Shown here piece by piece: positions 1 through 10,500 of a stretch of DNA of 64,000 bases. Made by a program: the position numbers and the translations under genes. The notes under the pieces were generated by a model, which ran no database searches, was not told the origin of the DNA, and saw only the letters and a program-made list of their open reading frames with translations. The stretch comes from an uncultured delta proteobacterium. GTDB taxonomy: Bacteria > Desulfobacterota > Binatia > UBA9968. Numbering within the stretch: the first letter of the stretch is position 1; each line of letters starts with the position of its first letter. The stretch lies in contig CAVYTU010000018.1 in NCBI GenBank assembly GCA_963771465.1, positions 32,001 to 96,000 of the forward strand, written 5' to 3'.

Positions 1-200
1 ATTATTGCGCCAACAGCTCGGTGTCTGCATGCGCGAAAGCAAGATTGATAATGTCTGAGAATGGACGGCGTTATGAATTCAATTGTCGCGGCTGAGGGCT
101 CATGTGGGTTTTGCTTGATGCGCAATTTGAACTGCTTGACATACGCCTAGCGGACAAACTAGCTTCCAGCCACGACGGCCAAATCACACGGAGGTGGCGC

Positions 201-1232
201 ATGGCGAATGCACTTGGCGTATTTTTGCTCCCGATCTTTATCGCGGTATCGTTGGTCTCGGCGCTGGCTGCTTCGGTGGAGGACTTCTACAAGGGCAAAA
301 CCATCCAGTTCGTCGTCGGGAGCACGGCAGGTGGAGGCTACGATACCTACACTCGGCTGTTAGCGCGCCACTTCGCTCAATACGTTCCGGGCAAACCCTC
401 CACGATCGTCCAGAATATGCCGGGAGCGGCCATGCTGATCGCGGCCAATTACATCTTTAATAGCGCTCCTCGTGATGGAACGGTCATCGGGCACTGGTCT
501 GGCCCTCTGATTCTACAGCACATGATGGGAAACTCCGCGGTGCAATTTGACGGGCGTAAGTTTGGTTGGGTCGGTATGCCTACGGCGGATTCCCTAATAT
601 GTATAACCACCGAACGCAGCGGCATCAAGACGGCAGAGGATTGGCGCAAGGCCAAAACGCGAGTCAAACTGGGGGCGATTGGCCCGGGTACCAGCGGAAC
701 CGATGATACCAAACTGCTGGCCGCGGCCACGGATTTCCCCCTGCAGCTCGTCGAGGGCTATAAGGGTACAGCCGACATCAGGGTTGCAGTGGACACAGGG
801 GAACTCGATGGTACCTGCGCCTTTGGTTGGCAGTCGGCGAAAGTGACATGGGCCGGCGCGCTGCGGGAACGACAAGTTCATGTTGTGCTGCAGACGACGC
901 TTGATGCTCATCCCGAGCTGAAAGGCGTCCCTCTCGCTGTCGATTACGCAAAGACCGAGGAAGGAAAAAAACTCTTGCGGATAGCGGGTGATTTGTACGG
1001 CAAACAAAGACTCTATTCTCTGCCGCCACAAGTTCCCGAACAGCGCCTGCGGACACTGCAGCAAGCCTTCATCGCTACTCTGAAAGATGCTCAGCTTCTG
1101 GCCGAGGCGGACAAGGCCAAGCTCGAGATCGAACCTGTCGATGGACCCGGCATAGAAAAGATGGTGCATGGCTTGTATGAAATCGAGCCCGCCATCGTGA
1201 ATCGAGTGAAACAGTTACTGGCATCAAAATAA
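201..1232 (+). CDS. Bug/TctC-family tripartite tricarboxylate transporter substrate-binding protein
   Basis: Signal peptide followed by FYKGKTI..VGSTAGGGYD..R and VQNMPGA motifs; GGAGG RBS before ATG 201 (ORF track starts at 102). Confidence 0.9.
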   Translation: MANALGVFLLPIFIAVSLVSALAASVEDFYKGKTIQFVVGSTAGGGYDTYTRLLARHFAQYVPGKPSTIVQNMPGAAMLIAANYIFNSAPRDGTVIGHWSGPLILQHMMGNSAVQFDGRKFGWVGMPTADSLICITTERSGIKTAEDWRKAKTRVKLGAIGPGTSGTDDTKLLAAATDFPLQLVEGYKGTADIRVAVDTGELDGTCAFGWQSAKVTWAGALRERQVHVVLQTTLDAHPELKGVPLAVDYAKTEEGKKLLRIAGDLYGKQRLYSLPPQVPEQRLRTLQQAFIATLKDAQLLAEADKAKLEIEPVDGPGIEKMVHGLYEIEPAIVNRVKQLLASK

Positions 1233-1297
1233 GTTCGGGTCTGCGGATCGTAGAGCTATACGGGTGTCAGTTTACCCAAGCAGTAGAGGAATGACTC

Positions 1298-1888
1298 ATG
1301 AAACGGAATCTTGCTTTGCTGCTGGGAATTCACTGTGCGGCATGTACGATCGGAGGTCGTGAGCGGCCACCGGCTATTTTCGTCAATCCAGTCACCCAAC
1401 ATATCATCGACTGCGAATCCGAGGGACGACGGGCTGGCAATACTGCCGAGGCGAATTGCATAGTAAAAGGGCAGCAGTCTGCGGGTTATGTTTCGCTAAA
1501 AGACTTGGAAGCGTCAGCATCAAAGCCAATACCGTCTCAGCCATTGCCAGCGTTAGACCATCAAGCTAAGACAAAACCGCCGGAGGTGAAGTCAGGAGTT
1601 GAAAAAAGTCGCGCTGAAGTCATGGAGAAAATGGCGGAGACCCGCGCGGGCGCCGAAAGGCTTCTGGCGCTCCGCATCGAGGAAGTGATGGGACTGACGA
1701 AAAATTATCGCCAGCGCCGCCTGCTTTATGACGGCGGAGAGATTTCGCTGGGTGATCTAGAGCAGACGGAGCGTGATCTCGCTGTGGCCGTCGAGCGGGT
1801 CGAAGCGGACAAACGCTGGATCGTCGAGGCTGACAGGACGCTGAAAGAGATGAGCATGCGCGATGAACTGCTACGGAGCCCGAAATAA
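1298..1888 (+). CDS. Hypothetical secreted/lipoprotein with C-terminal coiled coil
   Basis: GAGGA RBS, short hydrophobic leader ending CAAC, helical tail LYDGGEISLGDLEQTERDL reminiscent of TolC/HlyD hairpins. Confidence 0.55.
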   Translation: MKRNLALLLGIHCAACTIGGRERPPAIFVNPVTQHIIDCESEGRRAGNTAEANCIVKGQQSAGYVSLKDLEASASKPIPSQPLPALDHQAKTKPPEVKSGVEKSRAEVMEKMAETRAGAERLLALRIEEVMGLTKNYRQRRLLYDGGEISLGDLEQTERDLAVAVERVEADKRWIVEADRTLKEMSMRDELLRSPK

Positions 1889-1980
1889 CATTAAATATAG
1901 ACGTACATATACCGGCCCACATAAGGACAATGCTGGCGTTTCTGTCGGCGCGTGAAAATCAAGGGCATTGAGAGTTTGTC

Positions 1981-2877
1981 ATGATGGGCATGCCTGACGT
2001 CGGCGTCGTATTGAAGCATCCGGGTACTTTCGCGGTCCAGACGCTAAAAAACTTTCGTGCCAATCAGGGACTGCTTCTGGCGGGCGCCGTCGCTTACTAC
2101 GCGCTGCTCTCTATTGTTCCGCTGCTCATTCTTACCGTCATCGGGCTCTCCTACGTTATCGATCAGGCGGAGTTGCTCGTTACGCTCGGCCGCTATCTGG
2201 AATGGCTAATTCCGGGGCAATCCGAATTGATCGTGGCTGAGCTGACGAACTTTCTTGATCATCGCGACGTCATTGGCTGGGTGCTATTGGCGACAATGAT
2301 ATTTTTCAGCTCCCTCGCATTCACGGTTCTGGAGAACGCGATGTCGGTAATTTTTATTCACCGGATCGCCATCCGCAGGCGCCATTTTCTCGTCTCTGCG
2401 CTACTTCCTTATTGTTACATCGTGTTCCTGGGAGTCGGTGTGTTATTGGTAACGCTGGTCTCCGGCAGCCTGCAGGCGATGGGGCAGGAAAGCGTTGATT
2501 TTTTGGGGCGTAACTGGTCCCTTGGCGGCGTTTCTGGCGTGCTTCTCTATCTGCTCGGATTGGGCGGAGAAATCTTCGTAATCACATCCGTCTACCTGGT
2601 CATGCCGGTGGGACGGCTGTCGCTGCGCCACGCGCTGATCGGCGGCGTCACGGCGGCACTGCTTTGGGAGCTCACTCGCCATGTGCTCGTCTGGTACTTC
2701 GCCACTCTGTCACAGGTCGGTCTAGTCTACGGATCACTGACGACGGCAATCGCGGTACTGCTGAGCTTGGATCTCGCGGCGACATTGCTGTTGCTGGGCG
2801 CCCAAGTCATCTCCGAATATGAGCGCGCATTAAGAGCCAATCAAGAAGGAGCGCCACAGCGCTTGCGCACCAAGTGA
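1981..2877 (+). CDS. YihY/virulence factor BrkB family inner-membrane protein
   Basis: AGAVAYYALLSIVP N-terminal motif, YGSL..LLLLGAQ C-terminal motif, about 6 TM segments. Confidence 0.9.
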   Translation: MMGMPDVGVVLKHPGTFAVQTLKNFRANQGLLLAGAVAYYALLSIVPLLILTVIGLSYVIDQAELLVTLGRYLEWLIPGQSELIVAELTNFLDHRDVIGWVLLATMIFFSSLAFTVLENAMSVIFIHRIAIRRRHFLVSALLPYCYIVFLGVGVLLVTLVSGSLQAMGQESVDFLGRNWSLGGVSGVLLYLLGLGGEIFVITSVYLVMPVGRLSLRHALIGGVTAALLWELTRHVLVWYFATLSQVGLVYGSLTTAIAVLLSLDLAATLLLLGAQVISEYERALRANQEGAPQRLRTK

Positions 2878-3106
2878 GAGCGTTTTTGTTATCGGCGAGC
2901 TTGAGCGGATGGGAAGCGAATGAGATCTGCCTGATTGCTATTTTGTCTTTGCGCCAATCGGTCAATTTAGCAGGATCGATGCAAGCCATTCGTGAGTGTC
3001 TTGCTTGAAGGCGGTAAAAAAGGGCCTTCCGTTGCGGGTCTATACCCGAAAGAGCTAATATCAACACAGACGATGTTTGCGGAGATTTACTGTAGGGAGC
3101 AATTCT

Positions 3107-4945
3107 TTGAGTCAATCATCAAAACGTATTGCACTTGGATTGGTCTTGGCGCTGGTTTTATTCGGGATTGTCAGCGTTTTTAATAACCAATACCGGCGTG
3201 AACCGGAAATTGTTTTTAGCGAATTTCTCGCCAGTGTCGAGCGCGGCGACGTTCGAGAAGTCGTGATCCAGGGATATAATATTACCGGCCAATACAAGAA
3301 CGGCGGACAATTTAGAACTTATGCGCCCGATGATCCAGAGCTGGTGAAGTCATTACGAGCGCAGGAAGTAAAGGTCGCAGCAAAGCCCGAGGATGAATCG
3401 CCGTGGTACATGATGCTCTTGCTGAACTGGTTTCCCATGCTGCTTCTCATCGGCGTGTGGATATTTTTTATGCGCCAGATCCAGGTGGGCGGCGGTAAGG
3501 CGATGTCTTTTGGCAAGAGCCGCGCAAAATTGCTGACTGAGAATCAACATCGCATCACCTTTAGCGATGTCGCCGGTGTGGACGAGGCCAAAGATGATTT
3601 GCAAGAGATCATCGCATTCCTGAAAGACCCAAAAAAATTCACCAAACTTGGCGGCAGAATTCCCAAAGGGTGTTTGCTCGTCGGCGCCCCGGGAACTGGC
3701 AAGACACTGTTGGCTCGTGCCATCGCGGGCGAAGCCAAAGTCCCGTTCTTCAGCATCAGTGGTTCCGATTTCGTAGAAATGTTCGTCGGGGTCGGTGCCT
3801 CTCGTGTTCGTGATCTCTTCGTTCAGGGTAAAAAGCAGGCGCCTTGCATCATCTTTATCGACGAAATCGACGCCGTCGGACGCCACCGCGGCGCTGGCTT
3901 CGGTGGCGGCAATGACGAGCGAGAACAGACGTTGAACCAGCTGCTGGTGGAAATGGATGGATTCGAGTCCAACGAGGGAGTTATTCTGATCGCCGCAACC
4001 AACCGGCCCGACGTATTGGATCCCGCGTTGCTCCGTCCGGGGCGGTTCGATCGGCAAGTTGTCGTACCACGGCCGGACATCAGAGGGCGAGAAGGTATCT
4101 TGCAGGTGCACACCCGCAAGGTTCCCTTGGCAGCGGACGTGGATGTGAACGTTTTGGCGCGATCCACCCCCGGGCTTACCGGCGCGGACTTGGAGAGTCT
4201 CGTCAATGAAGCAGCTTTGTTGGCAGCACGGAATGACAAGGAAAATGTCAACATGCTCGACTTGGAGATGGCCAAAGACAAAGTCATGATGGGCGCCGAA
4301 CGGCGCAGCATGATCATCAGTGACGAAGAAAAGCGCAATACGGCCTATCATGAGGCGGGGCATGCCTTGGTGGCGAAACTACTGCCGGGCGCCGATCCGA
4401 TCCACAAAGTGACGATCATTCCCCGCGGCATGGCTTTGGGTCTGACGCAGCAACTGCCCGTGGACGAAATGCATACCTATCCCAGGGAATATCTGCTCAA
4501 TAAATTGGTCATCCTATTTGGCGGCCGCGTGGCCGAAGAGCTCGTGCTCGAGCACGTGACGACGGGCGCGGGGAACGATATCGAAAAAGCCACGGATTTG
4601 GTGCGCCGGATGGTGTGCGAGTGGGGAATGAGCGAAAAACTAGGGCCAATGACTTTCGGTAAGAAAGAAGAAGAGATTTTTCTAGGAAGAGATTTTACCC
4701 AGAAAACAGACTATTCCAAGACAACGGCGATTGAGATCGACGCTGAAATCAGGCGCATTATCCAGGAGAGCTACCATCGGGCGAAGGACCTATTAACGAC
4801 GAATCTCCGTCTGCTCCATAAAGTCGCGGAGCAGTTGCTCGAAAAAGAAGTTCTGGACGGTTCGGAGGTTGACGCCATCGTCAAAGCCTTCAGCCTTAAC
4901 GGTGGAGATCCGTTCGTACCGACCTGTGCGGCGGTCGTTGTTTGA
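3107..4945 (+). CDS. ftsH: ATP-dependent zinc metalloprotease FtsH
   Basis: Two N-terminal TMs, Walker [18 protein letters not shown] pore loop, Walker [27 protein letters not shown] zinc motif; probable TTG start at 3107 after GGGAG. Confidence 0.97.
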   Translation: MSQSSKRIALGLVLALVLFGIVSVFNNQYRREPEIVFSEFLASVERGDVREVVIQGYNITGQYKNGGQFRTYAPDDPELVKSLRAQEVKVAAKPEDESPWYMMLLLNWFPMLLLIGVWIFFMRQIQVGGGKAMSFGKSRAKLLTENQHRITFSDVAGVDEAKDDLQEIIAFLKDPKKFTKLGGRIPKGCLLVGAPGTGKTLLARAIAGEAKVPFFSISGSDFVEMFVGVGASRVRDLFVQGKKQAPCIIFIDEIDAVGRHRGAGFGGGNDEREQTLNQLLVEMDGFESNEGVILIAATNRPDVLDPALLRPGRFDRQVVVPRPDIRGREGILQVHTRKVPLAADVDVNVLARSTPGLTGADLESLVNEAALLAARNDKENVNMLDLEMAKDKVMMGAERRSMIISDEEKRNTAYHEAGHALVAKLLPGADPIHKVTIIPRGMALGLTQQLPVDEMHTYPREYLLNKLVILFGGRVAEELVLEHVTTGAGNDIEKATDLVRRMVCEWGMSEKLGPMTFGKKEEEIFLGRDFTQKTDYSKTTAIEIDAEIRRIIQESYHRAKDLLTTNLRLLHKVAEQLLEKEVLDGSEVDAIVKAFSLNGGDPFVPTCAAVVV

Positions 4946-5098
4946 GTAGACCCGTATACCTAAACCAACTTGATGAAAGGCCAGTCTGAGCTGGCCCGAG
5001 TACAGCGCATGCGATTGTGCGTACCGCGGTAGGCCTACCCATTGTTTTGAATGCATCCCACCGAAATATGCCAGGTTTCAGGGGAAGTGCGTAATCTT

Positions 5099-5845
5099 AT
5101 GACTCGCTGGAAAAAGGAAAACATCGGCCTCATCGCGAGAAAATGTGGACGGCTCGTCAAATATCTCGAAGCAAAGAATCACATCTTGCTGCTCACGACG
5201 AGCACTCGATACCAGGAGCATCCCTGGGATATCCCAAAGACTACACAACTCGCACTTCAAATCGAAAAGCATTTGAAGCAAAAAGGAAAGTACGTGACGG
5301 TAATCGATGTTGCGAATCTCAGGATCCATACCTGCGAGGGAAATATTAGCGCGAAGCGGGGCAACAATTGCGGCGTGCTCGAAGCTAAGCTGCGCGACAA
5401 GAACAAGAACCCAACGGGCCAGCATCGGTGCTGGGCCTCGATCAATAACAAGGATGACCAACTCTACAAGATCAGCCGCGAATTATTCAAATCGCAGGCG
5501 GTGGTCTTTTTCGTCTCCGTGCGATGGGGACAAACGAACAGCGTGTATCAACGCCTCTTCGAACGCCTAAGCTGGATCGAGAACAGGGTTACCTCACTTG
5601 GAGAAAAGCCTATACCCCAGTTAAAGAAGCTCGAGGCCGGAATCATTCTGTTCGGTCACAACTGGAACGACCAACAAGTTCTGAAGACTCAGAAACAGAA
5701 CTTCGAATGGTTTGGATGGAAAACGCCCGAGGCGCTTAGCTTCAACTGGCAATACACCAAAGATGCGGATGAGGAATCCCCGGAGTCCTACAATGATGCT
5801 GTAGCGGAATTCGGAGTGCTGCTACAGTTAGCGCTCCCACGCTAA
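5099..5845 (+). CDS. Flavodoxin-fold NAD(P)H-dependent FMN reductase / iron-sulfur flavoprotein-like protein
   Basis: ILLLTTSTR...KT phosphate loop, Cys cluster CEGNIS..C..C, VVFFVSVRWG..SVYQRLFERL. Confidence 0.7.
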   Translation: MTRWKKENIGLIARKCGRLVKYLEAKNHILLLTTSTRYQEHPWDIPKTTQLALQIEKHLKQKGKYVTVIDVANLRIHTCEGNISAKRGNNCGVLEAKLRDKNKNPTGQHRCWASINNKDDQLYKISRELFKSQAVVFFVSVRWGQTNSVYQRLFERLSWIENRVTSLGEKPIPQLKKLEAGIILFGHNWNDQQVLKTQKQNFEWFGWKTPEALSFNWQYTKDADEESPESYNDAVAEFGVLLQLALPR

Positions 5846-5944
5846 TCCGCCCGGTCTCCTCGAGTCAAGGTCAGGCACGGGGCGGAGTGAGCTAGCTCGG
5901 GTTTGAATCCACGGAGCCTAAAGATTTTTCAACGAGGAGGAGAC

Positions 5945-6205
5945 GTGAAGCTTTCTGTAAAATCCTTAATGATCGCAGCAGCCCTCCTCAAGGCGCTTTG
6001 TTTTCTCTTCGTCTCTCTGTGTAATTTAATCTTGCCTCCTTATGGTGGGGCGTTTCTCGCACTGCTGACTTCTTTGTATCTAGGCTATGATCCCACGGCG
6101 GGTCCCGTCAGCGTGCTCCTCGGTACTCTGTACTCGCTGATTGCCGGCGCCGTTGCTGGCGCACTCTTCGGCTGGCTTTATAATAGTTTTGTTGAAAGAT
6201 TCTGA
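5945..6205 (+). CDS. Small multi-TM membrane protein (resembles a family often labelled holin-like)
   Basis: GAGGAGG RBS before GTG 5945; SLYLGY and GALFGWLYN motifs; hydrophobic throughout. Confidence 0.65.
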   Translation: MKLSVKSLMIAAALLKALCFLFVSLCNLILPPYGGAFLALLTSLYLGYDPTAGPVSVLLGTLYSLIAGAVAGALFGWLYNSFVERF

Positions 6206-6333
6206 CGTTAGTTCTGTAGGGGACGGCGCTCGGTGCGGTGTGTGCGGATGCTTTTACATCTTGATGAGTCAAATCGACCGAGGGAGACACCGAAGGTGGC
6301 CGTCTGTCTCACGAAGCAATAAGAAGTTTGTTT

Positions 6334-6736
6334 CTAACGCCCGAGCACTTCAACAGTTCCTTTGCCTTCGCGGCGATTGATGCTCTTGTAATTGAAATCG
6401 ATTCGCTTGATGGTTCGACGTTCGCCGGGGAGATCGATAATACGGCTGGCGGATTTTTCAGTGAATTTATGCCGTAATTTGGGTGTGAAGGTTGTATCGT
6501 TGCCAAAGGTCACTGACCATATTAGAGACTTCGATGGGCGCATTCTTGGCCCTAATCTGAAGCTGTTTAAACCGGCCCTCGCTACGGCCCACATCGATCT
6601 GGTCGTGATCAGCTTTGAAATCCACCTCACGTTGACCTAGAAGTTCCCAACGACCCGGCGACTGAGCGGCCTCAACCATACAGGCCGTTAATAGAATAAG
6701 AGTAACTAGCGTTAGTCCACTAATAATAGTTTTCAT
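6334..6736 (-). pseudogene. Frameshifted secreted DUF2541/YaaI-like beta-sandwich protein
   Basis: Signal peptide plus WELLGQREVDFKADHDQIDVG..EGRFKQL in one frame continues as VTFGN..SRIIDLPGERRTIKRIDFNY in another; one extra base at about 6514 (ATG GTC A GTG ACC). Confidence 0.75.
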
Positions 6737-7424
6737 GTTCTCCCTCTTTCCTGGGTTGTGCATGTCTCGAATGTTTAACTTCCTTTGAAATGCCTTGTAT
6801 AGACACATGCTCTTCGATGCACATCGTGCACTGAACCGGGGACGATTACCGACCAATACTGGACGGTCTCAAAAAGAATTAGCTGATTTCAGACAAGCAT
6901 ACCGGCATCTGCAAGAAAGAATTTCGCATCGTCAGTCCTTCCGATCGGGTGTCAGGGAAGCGCCAATGGCAGCGGACCTTGCCATCACAACTCGGGTTGA
7001 TGCGATGAATGAAAATTTCTCGTAGAGCTTTGCGGCCGTCCCTTTATACGACGAGCCGATTGCTTGAATCCCTCCGTGGCTGTGTCACTTTCTGGCATTC
7101 CCGGGCGGCTGACATTCGAATCCCTCGCGCAGCATCCGCCGGAGGTTCGGACGCGCCTCGCGCCGCGAACCTCGAGTCGAGCAGAGAGACGGCGAAAATG
7201 CCCTGTCATCGCCAGGGACTCCTAGACTGGGCAATTGCGGTCTGCCAGCAATTTTGTCAATCGTGACGAAATTGACGCAGTGGCAAAAGTATGGCTGGAA
7301 TCGTTGATAACGTTTACCCCGTGACGACGTTTCTTGGAGCTCATGCTCCGAATCATCCCTTTCGGAAATTTTGCAACGGACCGGCGCGTGGCGATATTGT
7401 GCCACTACTAACGCCTTAACTTTC

Positions 7425-7439
7425 TGGCACAGCGGTTGC
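7425..7439 (+). promoter_or_regulatory. Sigma-54 (-24/-12) promoter of the NRPS-PKS operon
   Basis: TGGCACAGCGGTTGC matches TGGCAC-N5-TTGC exactly, about 60 nt upstream of the ATG at 7501. Confidence 0.8.
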
Positions 7440-7500
7440 CCTTTGCAACTATCCACTAGGTTTCGACGACCACGACTAGGGCCGAAACCGAACGGACATT

Positions 7501-10500
7501 ATGGAAAAGGCGACGTGTAACACTATCCAGTGCGACGAATTGCTTGAAGCTAAAGCAGCGGTCGCCGAGAACTCGCTTGAAACGACGATCCTCGCGTCCG
7601 GTCGAGAACGGCGGGTCACCGACGCGGAGACCTTCGGTTCGTCGTGTTCGGCAAATCCCCAGACGAGCGCGCGAGTCGAATCCTACGGCCTGTCTCCAAT
7701 CCAAAAAGGGATGCTGTTTCATCATCTCGATGCGCGCGATTCAGGCGTCGACGTCGAGCAAGTCATCTGTGCTCTCGATGAAGCGCTACACAAAGAAGCG
7801 TTTGGCAGCGCTTGGCAAGGCGTAATCAATCGCCATGCGATTCTGCGGACGTGCTTTCGCTGGCAAGCTGGCGAAGCCCAGCAAGACGTTCACGATAGTG
7901 CCACGATTGAGTTGGAAGAAATTGACTGGTTAGGAGTGCGGTCGGAGGAACAGGATGAGCGTTGGTCTCGATTGCTCGTAACTGATCGACGGCGCGGCTT
8001 CGACTTGTCCGTAATGCCGTTGATGCGCCTCACACTCATCGCGCTGGCGCCAAATCGCTTTCGAGTACTCTGGACGTTTCATCACATACTGCTTGATGGT
8101 CGCTCTTTCCCGATCATTCTCCGCGAAGTCTTCGATGCCTATTCGGCCATTCGTGAGGGCAAACGGATCTCACTCTCTGAACCGAAGCCCTATCGCGAAT
8201 ACATCGACTGGCTAAGTCAACAAGACTTTGCGCGCTCGGAGGAATATTGGCGCGAAGCATTAAGAGGGTTTCGCACGCCTGTCGAGATCAGTTTGCCGAA
8301 CACACCAGAGGACCCGGCCGAAATTAGAGGGGCAAAGGACTTCCGTGAGCTGCGCTTTTCGCGCGCGTTAACGGATAAACTGAGAGCTTTCGCCAAAAAA
8401 CATCAACTCACGCTAAACACGCTCCTCCAGGGTGCCTGGGCTTTGCTGCTGCATCATTACAGCGGCGAAGAGGATATCGTTTTTGGCGCTACTCGAGCGT
8501 GTCGTCGTTCTGCTCTCGAAGGCGCCGACGACAGGGTCGGCCTATTTATCAATACTCTCCCGATGCGGGTTTGCGTGAGTTCTGACGGAATGCTTGCCGA
8601 TTTGTTTCACGCGTTACGTGAACAACAAACCTCTATGCGGGATTACGAGCATACGCCTTTGTCCCAGGTCCAGCGTTGGAGCGAGGTGCCACGCGGAAGA
8701 CAGTTGTTTGAGAGCATCATCGTATTCGAAAACTATCATCTGGATACGTTGTTGCGGGCCCAGGGCGGCGAATGGCTGAACCGGCATTTCGACTATTTCG
8801 GACAGACCAACTATCCGTTGACGGTGATCGCTTACGCCGATCCTGAATTTTTGCTGCGCATCGAATACGATTGCAGGCGTTTCAACGGCGGTTCGATTAC
8901 CAGAATGGCCGGTCATTTAGCTAACCTACTGGAAGGGTTGTGCGGCGAAGGCATGCAGCGCGTTCACGACGTGCCGCTGGCAACGCGTGAAGAACAAGAG
9001 CAGTTGCTCGAAGCTCCGATGAGTGATTCGATTAATGCCGCGAGCGATACGTGTCTGCACCAACTTTTCGAAGCGCAAGTCGAGAAGACGCCGCATGCGG
9101 TAGCAGTCGTGTGCCAAGGGAAATCCCTCACGTATGGGGAGTTGAACCGAGAGGCGGAGAAGATCGCTTATCGGCTGCGACGATCGGGCGTGGGGCCGGA
9201 GGTTCTCGTCGGACTGTGCGTTGATCGCTCCGTGGAGCTGGTGATCGGTATTGTCGGTATCCTCAAAGCCGGCGGCGCGTATCTGCCGCTCGATCCGAGT
9301 TACCCTAAAGAGCGGCTTGCGTTCATGCTCGACGACGCCAGTGTTTCGGTCCTGCTCACGCAAGCCCATCTGACCGGTTGTTTACCCGATCATCAGGCCG
9401 CCGTCATCCATTTTGATCATGACGACGAAACAACTTGCCCCGAGCCATTATCGGCGGAAACCGAACTTGCCGGCGTAAACCCCGACAATCTTGCCTACGT
9501 GATCTACACTTCGGGTTCCACGGGCAAGCCCAAGGGCGTGCTGATTACCCACCGCAACGTCGCGCGCCTGTTCCCAGCGACTGCGCCTTGGTTTGGATTT
9601 GACCCTAGCGACGTCTGGACGCTGTTCCACTCCTACGCGTTCGATTTTTCCGTCTGGGAGATGTGGGGTGCGCTATTGCACGGCGGACGATTGGTCATCG
9701 TGCCCCATGACGTGAGCCGTTCGCCGGAAGAGTTCGCCGCTCTCATCGCAAGAGAGCAGGTAACCGTTCTTAACCAGACGCCTTCAGCCTTCCGTCAACT
9801 GTTGCCGTACCTGGCCGCCTCCATTGAGCCCGACGCATTATCCCTGCGCTACGTGATTTTCGGCGGCGAAGCGTTGGATGTCAAAACGTTAAAGCCTTGG
9901 TTTGACCGTTATGGTGAAAGAACGCCACGGCTCGTCAACATGTATGGGATCACCGAAACCACCGTGCATGTTACTTACCGACCGATCACTCGAGCCGATC
10001 TGGATGGCCACGTTGGCAGCGTGATCGGCAGCCCGATACCGGATCTGGGGCTTTATCTACTCAATTCACATCGCCAGCCTGTTCCCGTCGGCGTTGCCGG
10101 CGAGATTTACGTCGGCGGAGCCGGAGTTGCGCGCGGCTACCTTCAGCGACCGGAACTGACGGCAGAGCGATTTATCGTCGATCCATTCAGCCGTGATGCG
10201 CAGGCTAGGCTTTATCGAACCGGTGATCGCGCTCGGCGATTGCCCAACGGCGATCTCGAATATCTTGGCAGAATCGATCAGCAAGTTAAAATTCGCGGCT
10301 TTCGCATTGAGCTCGGTGAGATCGAGTCGGAACTTAGTCGGCATCCTGCGGTAAAACAAACTGTCGTCGTTGCCAGGGAAGACCTACCCGGAGACAAGCG
10401 TTTGGTGGCTTACTTTGTCGCGGATCGAGATCTGGACCTGGCCGATCTTCGCGCCGGTCTCTGCGCTCAGCTTCCGGCGCACATGGTGCCCGCCGCCTTT

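Noticed and set aside
3353-4363. 336-aa ORF antisense to ftsH
   Set aside because: Typical shadow ORF of a conserved AAA domain
5875-5915. GGTTTGAATCC resembling a tRNA T-arm
   Set aside because: No acceptor, D or anticodon arms can be built
5945-6205. Holin-like gene as evidence for a prophage
   Set aside because: No endolysin, structural, terminase or integrase genes nearby
6795-7460. Several 70-120 aa ORFs between the DUF2541-like gene and the NRPS
   Set aside because: Mutually overlapping, with no RBS or motif support; treated as a regulatory region
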